Shown piece by piece: positions 63,355 through 64,000 of a stretch of DNA of 64,000 nt. Source of the stretch: Veleropilina oligotropha. Taxonomy: Eukaryota. The stretch lies in contig JBEUKZ010000115.1 of the NCBI GenBank assembly GCA_048128005.1, positions 62,001 through 126,000 on the forward strand. The letters are read 5' to 3'. The notes beneath the pieces were generated by a model, which saw nothing but the letters and a program-made list of their open reading frames with translations, did no database searches and was not told the origin of the DNA. A program made the translations under genes and the position numbers. The stretch's first letter is position 1. Every line of letters starts with the position of its first letter.

Positions 63355-64000
63355 GAAAGGATTTTCTCGCGCTACAGCCCTACGCATCTACCGATCGAGA
63401 AGGCTTTCCACGTCTAAAGTATACGACTACCGATGGGTCAAATACGTGGATTGGTATCACAGCCGGCAGGTCAATATTCTCCGCCCCCCCCCCCCCCCTG
63501 TGAACAAGTTTATCGAGTTTTTATCGTCGCTCTTTGAACGCGGAATGTCAGTGTCCGCCGTCAAAGGCTATCGGGCAACGGTCGCGAGTGCCGTGCCCGT
63601 GTTAGCCTATCTAGCGACCGAACGATTTTGGATTTTATACGATCCTACGAACTCGATATTCCGACCCGTACGATACGGCCGCCAGCCTGAAACATCGCTC
63701 TCATTCTTAACGCTCTCCTTCTACCCGTACGAGCCTATGGGCTCGGCCTCTATGAGGAACTTAATGCACAAAACGGATTTTTCTGATCGCCTTAGCGTCG
63801 GGCAGGCGTTGTTCTGAAATTCATAGTCTATCCGCAGAGCTACGAGACGTTCGTTTCCAGTCAGACGGGTCGGTGATGCGGCATCCTATCTTGGGTTTCC
63901 TCGCAAAGAATCAACGGCCGAACGAAGACGCCCCCGATATCGTTATCCCCAAGCTTACGCTGGTCGGAAGACACGATGTGGACCGATTAAACTGTCATGT
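63320..64000 (+). pseudogene. DIRS tyrosine recombinase, 5' part, frameshifted
   Basis: RRLSTSKVYDYRW...KGYRATVAS (SAM-like N-domain), LASGRRCSEIHSL (catalytic R box) and FLAKNQ. Confidence 0.85.

Larger units (their letters stand above)
58204..64000 (+). mobile_element. DIRS-like tyrosine-recombinase retrotransposon, copy B, in YEATS4 intron 6 (runs off the window end)
   Basis: Domain order gag-like ORF1, RT, RNase H, methyltransferase-like domain, then YR; abrupt GC rise; 5' end shared with copy A. Confidence 0.93.

Overview
Eukaryotic, AT-rich and repeat-dense animal DNA. The transposon mix suggests a marine invertebrate, but the taxon cannot be fixed from sequence. The only host gene I can support is YEATS4/GAS41 on the + strand: six coding exons read by hand from 41398 to 58165, most missed by the ORF track, with the last exon beyond the window. 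Everything else is mobile DNA and tandem repeats. Two diverged DIRS-type tyrosine-recombinase retrotransposons point outward at the window ends (1-1558 minus; 58204-64000 plus). A very young non-autonomous Gypsy LTR element (7981-14280) keeps intact gag and protease but lacks RT, RNase H and integrase; it and a Vingi-like LINE relic both sit inside an old Academ-like DNA transposon. Also present: a 5.1-kb 35-bp satellite with higher-order structure, CR1/L2, RTE and Penelope relics, several MITEs, tRNA-derived SINEs and many nested Helentron-like (HINE-type) elements. There is no CRISPR array and no prokaryotic content. I did not find a clearly new biological system; the most unusual items are the mobile gag-protease-only LTR element and several TE-splice-site interactions in YEATS4. 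All alignments and translations were done by eye, and boundaries of degenerate elements are approximate.
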